Shown piece after piece: positions 1-7,801 of a stretch of DNA of 49,353 nt (position 1 is the first letter of the stretch; each line of letters starts with the position of its first letter). The notes under the pieces are model-generated. The model searched no databases. It was not told where the DNA came from and saw nothing but the letters and a program-made list of their open reading frames with translations. The stretch is from a virus. Taxonomy: Duplodnaviria; Heunggongvirae; Uroviricota; Caudoviricetes. Where the stretch lies: positions 1 through 49,353 of the IMG/VR virus record IMGVR_UViG_2627854282_000001, one strand, 5' to 3'. Made by a program: the position numbers and the translations under genes.

Positions 1-891
1 TTACCCTTCGTCAGCCCGAATGCTCTCCACTGTGGCATGCCGCAGCTTCAACTCGCCACGCAGGTGCCGCACCCGGGCGGTAAAGCCAGGCTTGACCCAT
101 TGCACGCCGTCAACTACCGCGCTCGGAACCCCGGCCGGCTGCTTGGCCCTTGACGCTTCCAGGCTCCGCAATATTGGTTCCCTGATGGACTGGTTTGCGG
201 CGAGAATGGCGGATCCTGCATATTTCCCCTCGCGCGCCACCAGCGCAACAGTTGGCTTGCCGGGCGCGCGCCTGACGCCCAGCAGACCGAACTCGCCGAC
301 CTCCCAGCATTTCGCCTTGACCCAGGCTTCAGTTTTGCCGCTACGATAGAGGCTCTCGCTGCGCTTCGAGACAACGCCTTCCAGACCCATCTTCTCGACG
401 GCATTGAAGAACGCGAGGCCGTTGCCCTGGACGTGCACGCTATACTGGATGATGCCATCGGCCGGCTTGACGAGATCCCAAAGCCGATCCTTGCGCTCGA
501 TCAACGGCATATAGCGCAAGTCCTCGCCGTCGAGGTGCAGCAGGTCGAACGCGACGAAGGTGAGCAGCTCGGCGTTCCACCTCATTCGAGAATGCATCGC
601 ATGGAAGTTAGGCTTACCGTCAGCATCGAGCGCGGTCATCTCGCCGTCGATGATGAAGGATTTCGCAGGGAGCATTTCCGCCGCCTGGACGGTTGGCCAA
701 TATCGCTTTGACCAGTCGTGGCCATGCCGCGAGAACGCTCGGGCGCCGGCCCAATCGAGGATGACCTGGGTGCGGAAGCCATCGTATTTGATCTCGTGGA
801 GCCAGTCGTCGCTGATGGGTGGGCCCAAGATCTGTGCCGGCACCATAGGCCTGATGAACTTCAGCCTGGGTTTTTCGTTACGCATCAACAC
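1..891 (-). CDS. ATP-dependent DNA ligase (LigD-type ligase domain only)
   Basis: Motif I HEIKYDGFR, III IIDGEM, IIIa FVAFDLL, IV EGVVSK, V WVKAK. Confidence 0.92.
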   Translation of the reverse strand: MLMRNEKPRLKFIRPMVPAQILGPPISDDWLHEIKYDGFRTQVILDWAGARAFSRHGHDWSKRYWPTVQAAEMLPAKSFIIDGEMTALDADGKPNFHAMHSRMRWNAELLTFVAFDLLHLDGEDLRYMPLIERKDRLWDLVKPADGIIQYSVHVQGNGLAFFNAVEKMGLEGVVSKRSESLYRSGKTEAWVKAKCWEVGEFGLLGVRRAPGKPTVALVAREGKYAGSAILAANQSIREPILRSLEASRAKQPAGVPSAVVDGVQWVKPGFTARVRHLRGELKLRHATVESIRADEG

Positions 892-970
892 ATACCCAAC
901 AACCGCGATTCAAGCCGCAAGCGGCGGTCCGGTTCCGCGCATTTGAGCGAAATTTGATGGACGGAAGGTT

Positions 971-1198
971 ATGACGACTGAAACTATGTTCAATGACCCG
1001 CAGGGCCGGCAGGCGCTGCGCCTGATCCGCGCCACGATCGAGGAGCATTGCCCGCCTGGCGTGCTCATGAGCGAGGACCAGGTGAACGGGCACTACGGTC
1101 CAACGCTTCTCGGCGAGGCCGAGGCGCTGGCAGCTGCGATCGTAACCACGGTGCAGCGGCTGACGCAAAAACCGCCAGCGGCCAGCATCAAAGGCTAA
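971..1198 (+). CDS. Hypothetical protein (75 aa)
   Basis: ATG at 971 preceded by GGAAGG; fills the gap between ligase and terminator. Confidence 0.7.
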   Translation: MTTETMFNDPQGRQALRLIRATIEEHCPPGVLMSEDQVNGHYGPTLLGEAEALAAAIVTTVQRLTQKPPAASIKG

Positions 1199-1201
1199 AA
1201 C

Positions 1202-1235
1202 AAAAAAAGACCCCCGCCGGCCGGAGCCGACGGGG
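1202..1235 (-). terminator. Intrinsic terminator ending the lysis-region transcript
   Basis: Minus strand CCCCGTCGGC-TCCG-GCCGGCGGGG then GTC and 7 T. Confidence 0.85.
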
Positions 1236-1259
1236 CGCTGATCTTGGGAGGATCAGAAA

Positions 1260-1478
1260 TCAGGCAGGCGTGAAATCGACGTAGTATTCCTTGCCGACTT
1301 CGAACTGGATCGCGGCATCAGGATTATCGACGTTCATCTTCAGGTCGGCCCACGGGGTCGCCTTGGTGAACCGCCCATTCTCTGACTGGATGTCGTCGGA
1401 ATAGACGGCGTGCATGAAGACGGTGGTGCCCTCCTTCGAGCCGCAACAAAATTTCGCTCGTACTCGCTGGACCGTCAT
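1260..1478 (-). CDS. Small conserved phage-type hypothetical protein (72 aa)
   Basis: Clean ORF with SD (GGAGAAG); ENGRFTKATP...DNPDAAIQFEVGKEYYVDFTPA resembles a recurrent phage protein. Confidence 0.8.
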   Translation of the reverse strand: MTVQRVRAKFCCGSKEGTTVFMHAVYSDDIQSENGRFTKATPWADLKMNVDNPDAAIQFEVGKEYYVDFTPA

Positions 1479-1521
1479 CGGTCTTCTCCTTCTGAAATGC
1501 CCGGAACCGCCGGGCGCGGGT

Positions 1522-1818
1522 TCATCTCCGGCGTGTCTGCACCCGCCGATTGTGCTGCTCAGCTCGATCGAGACGCTCGATCAGCTGCTGGTGCATCTCG
1601 GTCAGTTCTTCCGTGCGACGGTCGGCAAGCGCCTCAAGCGCGACAGCGCAACGCGTCAGCAGCGCGAGGAACCGTTCGTCGCCAAAGCCAAGAGCGATGC
1701 CGGCGATCACCGGATCTCTTGTTGCCTCCTTAGGCTTGGTCAGGTAGCGGCCGACCGCGGCCAGAACGATGATCCCGCCATAGGCGCCGGCTATCCATAC
1801 CTCAGCTGGGATGTCCAT
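1522..1818 (-). CDS. Membrane-anchored protein of lysis region (98 aa)
   Basis: Start moved to MDIPAEVW (1818); N-terminal TM then helical C-terminus; overlaps upstream gene end. Confidence 0.7.
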   Translation of the reverse strand: MDIPAEVWIAGAYGGIIVLAAVGRYLTKPKEATRDPVIAGIALGFGDERFLALLTRCAVALEALADRRTEELTEMHQQLIERLDRAEQHNRRVQTRRR

Positions 1819-2266
1819 TGTCCGCCACTCGTCTGTTTTGGTGATCAGATAGGCCGGCTTCACCAGCTGCACGAATGACGTTGTAGGAATCGAGGAGCAT
1901 GAGGATCGGATAAACGCCGAGGCCGGTCGCGCCGGAGCCAGAACGGAAAATACCAATCGAAATCATGAACCAGACGCCTGTGCCAAGGAATGCCCCGAAA
2001 GCCCGAAGATGTGGCGAGCGCCGCCAAGCGCCGTTGATGGCCAAGCTGACCAGACGGCCAAACCCGACCAGAAAGCACATGCCGGCGAAGGTTACCTGCG
2101 GCATGAGCTTGGCCAACGACGAGAAGGCGCCGACTTTTGCGAAGAGGTCCGGCTGCAGGAACAGGACCACCGACCAGTTGAACAGGATTGCCGCTAATGC
2201 CCATTCCGACGCTCTAACCGGAAAGGTTTCGCGGAAAGACTTCGAGATGTGAGCAAGGGTCGTCAT
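1802..2266 (-). CDS. Multi-pass (about 4 TM) membrane protein, putative holin-like
   Basis: Start MTTLAHIS at 2266 with SD GAGAGG (alternative 2281); four hydrophobic segments; in lysis cassette. Confidence 0.7.
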   Translation of the reverse strand: MTTLAHISKSFRETFPVRASEWALAAILFNWSVVLFLQPDLFAKVGAFSSLAKLMPQVTFAGMCFLVGFGRLVSLAINGAWRRSPHLRAFGAFLGTGVWFMISIGIFRSGSGATGLGVYPILMLLDSYNVIRAAGEAGLSDHQNRRVADNGHPS

Positions 2267-2277
2267 AAGAGCCTCTC

Positions 2278-2559
2278 TCATTGGATAAGAGCCTTGATGG
2301 TGTCCCCCTTGGCATGATCTAGGCGCTTGCAATCACGGAAGGCGATCCGGTCCTGCGCCCAGAGACGGCTCGCCTCGGCGTCTGGAATAAAACGATGCGG
2401 CACGTCGGAGAGCTCGCCACACTCGCTCATGATGCTCGGATCGACGTGTGGTTTCGCCGGTTCATCGACCGGCGTTATCGATACCGATTGACAGCCGGGC
2501 GGCGATGCCGCGCCCAGGCTTGCAAGTGCCAGAAACATCACCAGCCGGCTTCGGCGCAT
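2278..2559 (-). CDS. Putative o-spanin (Rz1-like lipoprotein)
   Basis: Signal peptide MRRSRLVMFLALASLGAASPPGC ending in Cys (non-canonical lipobox), Pro-rich, two further Cys; 5' end overlaps i-spanin. Confidence 0.6.
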   Translation of the reverse strand: MRRSRLVMFLALASLGAASPPGCQSVSITPVDEPAKPHVDPSIMSECGELSDVPHRFIPDAEASRLWAQDRIAFRDCKRLDHAKGDTIKALIQ

Positions 2560-2956
2560 CGTCTTCTTCCTTTTGTTGCCTGATACGTTCCTCAAGGTCG
2601 GCGATCCGCAAGGTGGCGGTCCGCTTATCCTCGGCTACGCTGTCCGCGAATTTCTGCGCTGCGGCGTCGACGTTCGCCTGCTGCTTTTTGAGATCGGCAT
2701 CCCGCGCCATGGCGGCGAAGCGCATCTTTTCCTGCCAGATCGCTTCCTCAGTCTTCTGGCCGGCGGCGTATTCACGATCGACGCGGCCGTCGACGAGGCC
2801 CGAAAGCGCCGGCCCTACCCAGGGGATGTTCCGGATCGGCCCCAGCGGGACGCCTTCGTAGTAGAAAATGATGGCTCCGGCCACGACGATCGGCAGGCCG
2901 ACCCGCGATTTTGCGAAGGACCAGAAGCCCCAGAAGAATGCGATCACGGGATCCAT
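2462..2956 (-). CDS. Putative i-spanin (Rz-like)
   Basis: Start MDPVIAFF at 2956; N-terminal TM, long helical/coiled-coil periplasmic part, overlapped by lipoprotein gene. Confidence 0.7.
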   Translation of the reverse strand: MDPVIAFFWGFWSFAKSRVGLPIVVAGAIIFYYEGVPLGPIRNIPWVGPALSGLVDGRVDREYAAGQKTEEAIWQEKMRFAAMARDADLKKQQANVDAAAQKFADSVAEDKRTATLRIADLEERIRQQKEEDDAPKPAGDVSGTCKPGRGIAARLSIGIDNAGR

Positions 2957-2960
2957 GAAT

Positions 2961-3053
2961 TCATCCCCACGCCATGAAGAGACCGAAGGCGATTGCCAGC
3001 GCGACAACTTCCATGCACACGATATGGAGAAGCGTCGCCCCGAGGCTTTGCAT
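2961..3053 (-). CDS. 30-aa hydrophobic peptide MQSLGATLLHIVCMEVVALAIAFGLFMAWG (not in ORF track)
   Basis: ATG shares a base with the endolysin stop (TGATG); fills the gap to i-spanin exactly; single TM. Confidence 0.6.
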   Translation of the reverse strand: MQSLGATLLHIVCMEVVALAIAFGLFMAWG

Positions 3054-3823
3054 CAGCTCGACGGGCCTTGCAGGCAGAGCTTCTTCTCGCGCTGGCGCCG
3101 CTCGAAGAGGCCGCGCAGCACCCGTTTGCCTGCCCGGTCGAACCAGGTGAGCGCGTCACAGCCGCCGACGATGTCGCCGGCGTTGAGCCGGCGCGTTGCA
3201 GTGCTCTTGCCGATGCCGGCAACGCCGACATTGAAGGCGGTCGAGGTGTACGCAGCGTCGCGCGTCGGCGGCAGGCGCACGAAGATCGTCGCTGGCACGA
3301 AATAGCGATGCAGTCCGGTCCGATGCTTCGCGACGTCCTGGCGCAGCATATCGAGCGCCTGCTCGTGCGTGATCACCATCCCCATGTACACGCCATCGGT
3401 GTGGCCGAATCCGATCGTGGGAACGCCGACAGCATCCCGGTAGGCGACAAGCCTTTCGCCTTCTTCCCTGGCGATGAATGGAACGGCAATATCGAGGGTT
3501 TCCGCCTCAATCGCAGGCGCCTTGTTCCCCGGCGCTGCCGCCGATGGCCATGCCAGCAGCACCGCGAGCAAGAAGACGATCACGCCGACCGCGGTGATCC
3601 GCAGCCATTCCTTCCACGGGGAGAGCCCCTGCTCGAGAAGGCGACCGCCAACGCCGGCGACAAGCAGCCCGAGGCCGAGCCACCATGCGATGTTGGGGTC
3701 GTAGTCCTGCTCAGTCAGGCGATACCAGAACTCAGGCAGCACCAGGACGGCAATGCCGAGGATCTGCATCCAGAAGCTCAAAGACAATAGCACCACGCGG
3801 CGCCAGTCGGTGACGAGACGCAT
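3053..3823 (-). CDS. Holin-like 3-TM domain fused to GH24 (T4/lambda-type) lysozyme endolysin
   Basis: Start MRLVTDW at 3823 with SD GGAG; three TM segments then E-x8-D-x5-T catalytic triad (EEGERLVAYRDAVGVPTIGFGHT). Confidence 0.9.
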   Translation of the reverse strand: MRLVTDWRRVVLLSLSFWMQILGIAVLVLPEFWYRLTEQDYDPNIAWWLGLGLLVAGVGGRLLEQGLSPWKEWLRITAVGVIVFLLAVLLAWPSAAAPGNKAPAIEAETLDIAVPFIAREEGERLVAYRDAVGVPTIGFGHTDGVYMGMVITHEQALDMLRQDVAKHRTGLHRYFVPATIFVRLPPTRDAAYTSTAFNVGVAGIGKSTATRRLNAGDIVGGCDALTWFDRAGKRVLRGLFERRQREKKLCLQGPSS

Positions 3824-3858
3824 GCAAGTTCTCCATAAGTTGAGGTTGAGAATGGGTT

Positions 3859-3910
3859 TTAACCAACTGCTAATAGACCCCTTGCCGGCCGGAATCGCTG
3901 GCTCTATGCT
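3859..3910 (+). promoter_or_regulatory. CtrA-like box plus sigma70-type promoter of tadG-like moron
   Basis: TTAA-ccaactg-CTAA (3859-3873), -35 TTGCCG (3882-3887), 17-nt spacer, -10 TATGCT (3905-3910). Confidence 0.7.
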
Positions 3911-3959
3911 TGGGGGCACGGGGAAATAGTTGCGGCTACAGGGGTAGAGGGGCGCTGCG

Positions 3960-5462
3960 ATGCTTCGCGTCTTGCGGAATTTCTGGAACGATCAGCGCGG
4001 TGTCGCGATGATCCTGGTGGCGATCATGCTGCCGGTGCTGGTCGGCTTCGCGCTGTTGGCGGTCGATATGAGCCGGGCAAATGGGCTCCATGCCGATCTA
4101 CAAAAGGGCGTCGATGCGCTCGCGCTTGCCGGAGCCGCGGAACTCGACGGCAGATCCGACAGCATCACCAGGGCCGATAGGGCGATCAACAATCTCGTCG
4201 CCAACCATACGCTCTTTTCGACCGTCGGCGACCACCAAATTGCCCGAGCCGACATTACGGTGGCGTACTTGACCGGCATCCCCGCCAGCGACAACACAGG
4301 GCTTGGCGCCAACGGCGTCGATGCCAACGGCGTCAATTGGGCGAGCGTGGACCCAACCGCCGTGAGCCTTGTCGTGGTAACCTTGAACGCCTCGAGCGGT
4401 GGCACCTTCGAAAGCTTCTTCCCGGTGAGTTTCACCAGCGGCAACGCCAGTTTCGACATCCGTCCGCAGGCGGTGGCCGGCTTCAGGCAGTCGATCTGCG
4501 AGACCGTCCCGATCTACATGTGCAATCCGTTCGAGACGACGACGCCGGGAACCAGCAAGACGATCCAGCAGGCCTTTGCCTCTGGCGACACCTACGGCCG
4601 CGAGTTCCGCATCCTGAAGGTGGATTCGAATCCTGGCCCAGGCAATTTCGGCCTGATCGACAACAACCTGACGTCGCTACGCGATGCCATCGCGATCGGC
4701 ACCGCAGGCACCTGCTACGGTCGAGATTCGCTCACCACGAAGACCGGCGTTACCCTTGGCCAGGTGAACACCGGACTGAACACCCGCTTTGACCTCTACA
4801 GCGGCTCCCTCAACAAGGATAACAAGGATTGGAACTACCGGCCCGCGAGCAACGTCCGCAAGGGTCAGAAGACGGGCTGCAGCAAATATGATCCGGTGAC
4901 CGATGGGACGGCGCTACCACTGCCGCCCGGGAGCAATTACAACGACTCCAAGGGCATGTCCGACCCGATCACATCGCAAAGCTTCTGGAGCACCTATTGG
5001 TCGGTCAATCATGGGACGACCTATCCTAATGTCCCGAGCGCCAGCAATCCAACCGGCTCCAGAACCGCTCCAGCATCGCGATATGATGTGTATAGATACG
5101 AGATCGCGAACGGCCTCGTCGGAGATAAATCGAAGGCGCCGACAAAGGAAACTGGCAATCCGTCCTGCTTCAAGGGCGATACCCCCACGGCCAGCCCTGA
5201 CCGCCGCTTGCTCAACATGGCGATCGTCGACTGCATCGCCAATCAGTCGAAGATCAATGGCCATATCGCTATCAAGCCCGATGGGTACGCTAGCGTGTTC
5301 GTCAATACGCCGGTTCAGAAGCAGGACAATACCAAGGATCCCGAAGACCCCACGGCAGGCGAGAAGCCAATCAGCCTGGAAATCGTGGATGTCGATGGTG
5401 CTTTCGCCGACAACTTTACTGTCGATAAAGCTTTCCGAAACGAGGCGCAGCTATACCGATGA
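3960..5462 (+). CDS. TadG-like Tad/Flp pilus assembly or tip protein (500 aa)
   Basis: Prepilin-like leader NFWNDQRG|VAMILVAIMLPVLVGFALLAVD, LQKGVDALALAGA Tad-domain signature, Cys-rich C-terminal domain; opposite strand to the phage genes. Confidence 0.88.
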   Translation: MLRVLRNFWNDQRGVAMILVAIMLPVLVGFALLAVDMSRANGLHADLQKGVDALALAGAAELDGRSDSITRADRAINNLVANHTLFSTVGDHQIARADITVAYLTGIPASDNTGLGANGVDANGVNWASVDPTAVSLVVVTLNASSGGTFESFFPVSFTSGNASFDIRPQAVAGFRQSICETVPIYMCNPFETTTPGTSKTIQQAFASGDTYGREFRILKVDSNPGPGNFGLIDNNLTSLRDAIAIGTAGTCYGRDSLTTKTGVTLGQVNTGLNTRFDLYSGSLNKDNKDWNYRPASNVRKGQKTGCSKYDPVTDGTALPLPPGSNYNDSKGMSDPITSQSFWSTYWSVNHGTTYPNVPSASNPTGSRTAPASRYDVYRYEIANGLVGDKSKAPTKETGNPSCFKGDTPTASPDRRLLNMAIVDCIANQSKINGHIAIKPDGYASVFVNTPVQKQDNTKDPEDPTAGEKPISLEIVDVDGAFADNFTVDKAFRNEAQLYR

Positions 5463-5764
5463 GAGCATGCCTGACAATCGCCATGCTATTCCTTTTCGCC
5501 TTTCCAGCTGTCGCCGACGAAATGTCGCTGGTGAACTGCAATATCCTCAGCAACTCGGCGGCCAGCGGCGCGCTGAAACTTCGCCAGGCGATCGGCGAGG
5601 TGAAGGGCGAGGCCCTTCATGAGATGATTCCCGCCCTACCGGAAAGCGCCAAGGACGAGGCAAAGGACGTCGAGGACGCGAGGATTGGCATGGAATCAGC
5701 GATGCGCGAATACATGATCTCGCTCGATGCCTTCTCGAAAGCTGTGAAGGACTGCGGGAACTAA
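5459..5764 (+). CDS. Secreted helical protein coupled to tadG-like gene (101 aa)
   Basis: ATGA overlap with upstream stop; signal peptide ending AVA; two Cys. Confidence 0.75.
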   Translation: MRACLTIAMLFLFAFPAVADEMSLVNCNILSNSAASGALKLRQAIGEVKGEALHEMIPALPESAKDEAKDVEDARIGMESAMREYMISLDAFSKAVKDCGN

Positions 5765-7029
5765 GACCAGACAGTCGAGAGATCCTGCAAGGCTGAATCT
5801 GCCATCGGCGCCCAGACGTGGATGAAGCGGATAGAGCCACCGTTTGTTGTGGTGTCGCCAGGAAGTCCGCCGAAAGCAGCCGCCTCAGCAGTCGCTGTAA
5901 GACTGGTCCCAACCGTCACCAGAGGATCGCCGTTCACCGACATCGAAAGACGCCCGTCAGCGCGCGTCAACGCGATCTGATGAAGATTGGCAAAATGGTG
6001 GTAGCGAGGGTCGGTGACGGTACGGCTGGCCGGCGTCGAGTTGAAATCGCTCGCCTGCATGTTGAGGTTATCGACCTGGGCAAGGCGCCTCAGCGTGATG
6101 CCCTGATCGAGTGCGTTGGTGGCGATCCCGAGGATCGTCGTGACATCGTCGTCGGTATCTTCCGAATAACCGATGAGGATGGTCCAATCCATCGAAGTCA
6201 GCGTGGCGAGGAAATCACCGATGATGCCGATCGGAAAATCGCCATACGGCATCTCCAATCCAAAGGCAGTCAGCGCCCCGGGCGTGTCGACGATATCGGC
6301 CAAAGTGACGGGGCTGCCGGCGACGGAATAGACCTCGTTGATGAAATCGGCCGAGGCAAGCATGCTGCCGGGCAGGCTGTAGGTCGGGCGCGGCGACAAT
6401 GTCGGAAGACTGGCTACGTCCTGAAGATCGAGACGTTCGATGGACCGGATATAGATACTGCGAGCGAGGAAGCTCGAGCCTGGTGCGGCACCGAGTGAGA
6501 GCGCGGTCGCGGTCAGCGCAAAGACATCGGCCGTCGTGCTCTGGGTTGGGTTACCATCGACCGACATCGAAAGCTCCCCATTCGAGCGGGACACCGCGAT
6601 CTTGTGAATGCCGGTGGGAAAGCCTGCGGTATCGGTGACCTGCCGGAAATGGATGCCAGCGGTGTCGCTGGCGTTCATGTAGCCGCTGGTCAACCGGTGA
6701 AGATTGTAGTTGCCGTCACCGGCGTCGGTGTAGACGAATGGGTAGCTGTTGCTGCTGTCGCTGCGTTCGTAATACTCAACGATCACGGTTTGATTGTCAC
6801 CGAGGAAAGCAGCCAAGGCATCGCCGATAACCGAGACGCATGGCGACTCCTCGGTATCGAGAATCTCGAGGCCAGCCGCGGTGACCCATCCGGGCTGATC
6901 AATGACATCGGCCACGGTGACGGAGACGCCGGCGACGGTATAGACGCCATTCTTGAAATCAAGCTTCGTTTGCCCCCCTGGCGCCGGGCTACCTCCGCCG
7001 AAGATGAACGGGTTGAGAAGCCCGGTCAT
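5761..7029 (-). CDS. Putative tail receptor-binding protein with two tandem ConA/LamG-like domains
   Basis: Internal duplication DFKNGVYTVAGVSVTVADVIDQPG / DFINEVYSVAGSPVTLADIVDTPG and HKIAVSRSNGELSMSVDG / HQIALTRADGRLSMSVNG; last gene of tail operon. Confidence 0.7.
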   Translation of the reverse strand: MTGLLNPFIFGGGSPAPGGQTKLDFKNGVYTVAGVSVTVADVIDQPGWVTAAGLEILDTEESPCVSVIGDALAAFLGDNQTVIVEYYERSDSSNSYPFVYTDAGDGNYNLHRLTSGYMNASDTAGIHFRQVTDTAGFPTGIHKIAVSRSNGELSMSVDGNPTQSTTADVFALTATALSLGAAPGSSFLARSIYIRSIERLDLQDVASLPTLSPRPTYSLPGSMLASADFINEVYSVAGSPVTLADIVDTPGALTAFGLEMPYGDFPIGIIGDFLATLTSMDWTILIGYSEDTDDDVTTILGIATNALDQGITLRRLAQVDNLNMQASDFNSTPASRTVTDPRYHHFANLHQIALTRADGRLSMSVNGDPLVTVGTSLTATAEAAAFGGLPGDTTTNGGSIRFIHVWAPMADSALQDLSTVWS

Positions 7030-7793
7030 GCCACACCGAGGAAGACGAGCTTCAGGCCAGCGGCGCCGGCCCCCGCATCATCGATATCGACCGAGACTTC
7101 GGCGTCGTCGGTCATTGCGGTGGTGCTGAGCACCGCTGGCACCGTGGCGGTCGTCGACGTCTTCTCAAGGGCATCGATCGTGAGCCGCGTCGAGAAGATC
7201 GAAACCCCGTTTTGATTGACGTCGACAGTGACGGTCCCACCAGAATCTGAGGCTTCATTGAGTGAAGCCCTGACGCTGGAGAGCGTGAAACCAGTCGGCC
7301 ACCTGAATCTTACTTTCGCGGTTCCGGCGGTGAGCTCGGTGGTCTCATCGCTCACCGCTACAGGATATTGGAATGGCATCGGCGGCGCCGATCCGCTTGC
7401 GCCGGCTGCGGTGCGAACGTTGGTGCCATCCGATTGGAAGCATCCCATATCGCCATTCGCGATTGTCGGTGGCGTCGCAGCCTGCCCAGAAATCCGAATG
7501 GTAACGGTCTGGCCGCACTGATTGAGCACCGTGAAGAGGCCGCGCTGCTCCGCCGGCACATTCAACGTGACCGGACCGCCCGGCGCCGGCGACCCAACAC
7601 CGATCCGGAGGTGCGAACCTTCCCAAAACTGATCCGAGGTGAGATTGACGCTCGTGCCGTCGATGGTGACGTCGACAAAGCCGAAAGCGGCGGACTCAAT
7701 CCGGTCATTGCGGTTGTTGATGGCTGGGATGCCATCAGTCACCTGTCCCTGGGCGACCGGAACCGCCTGGGGGATCTTTTTCTCGATTGTCAT
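7026..7793 (-). CDS. Tail fibre base/adaptor protein (DUF2793-like N-terminus)
   Basis: Position after tip protein; N-terminus AQGQ...INNRNDRIE resembles GTA-type fibre anchors; beta-rich C-terminal domain. Confidence 0.6.
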   Translation of the reverse strand: MTIEKKIPQAVPVAQGQVTDGIPAINNRNDRIESAAFGFVDVTIDGTSVNLTSDQFWEGSHLRIGVGSPAPGGPVTLNVPAEQRGLFTVLNQCGQTVTIRISGQAATPPTIANGDMGCFQSDGTNVRTAAGASGSAPPMPFQYPVAVSDETTELTAGTAKVRFRWPTGFTLSSVRASLNEASDSGGTVTVDVNQNGVSIFSTRLTIDALEKTSTTATVPAVLSTTAMTDDAEVSVDIDDAGAGAAGLKLVFLGVA

Positions 7794-7801
7794 GGATTAC
7801 C

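Noticed and set aside
3960-5462. vWA (MIDAS) adhesin domain as in CpaL/TadG of other species
   Set aside because: No DxSxS motif found; called TadG-like only
5761-7029. Fibre duplication as an invertible or shufflon cassette
   Set aside because: Repeats are direct, diverged and in one frame; no recombinase or inverted crossover sites seen
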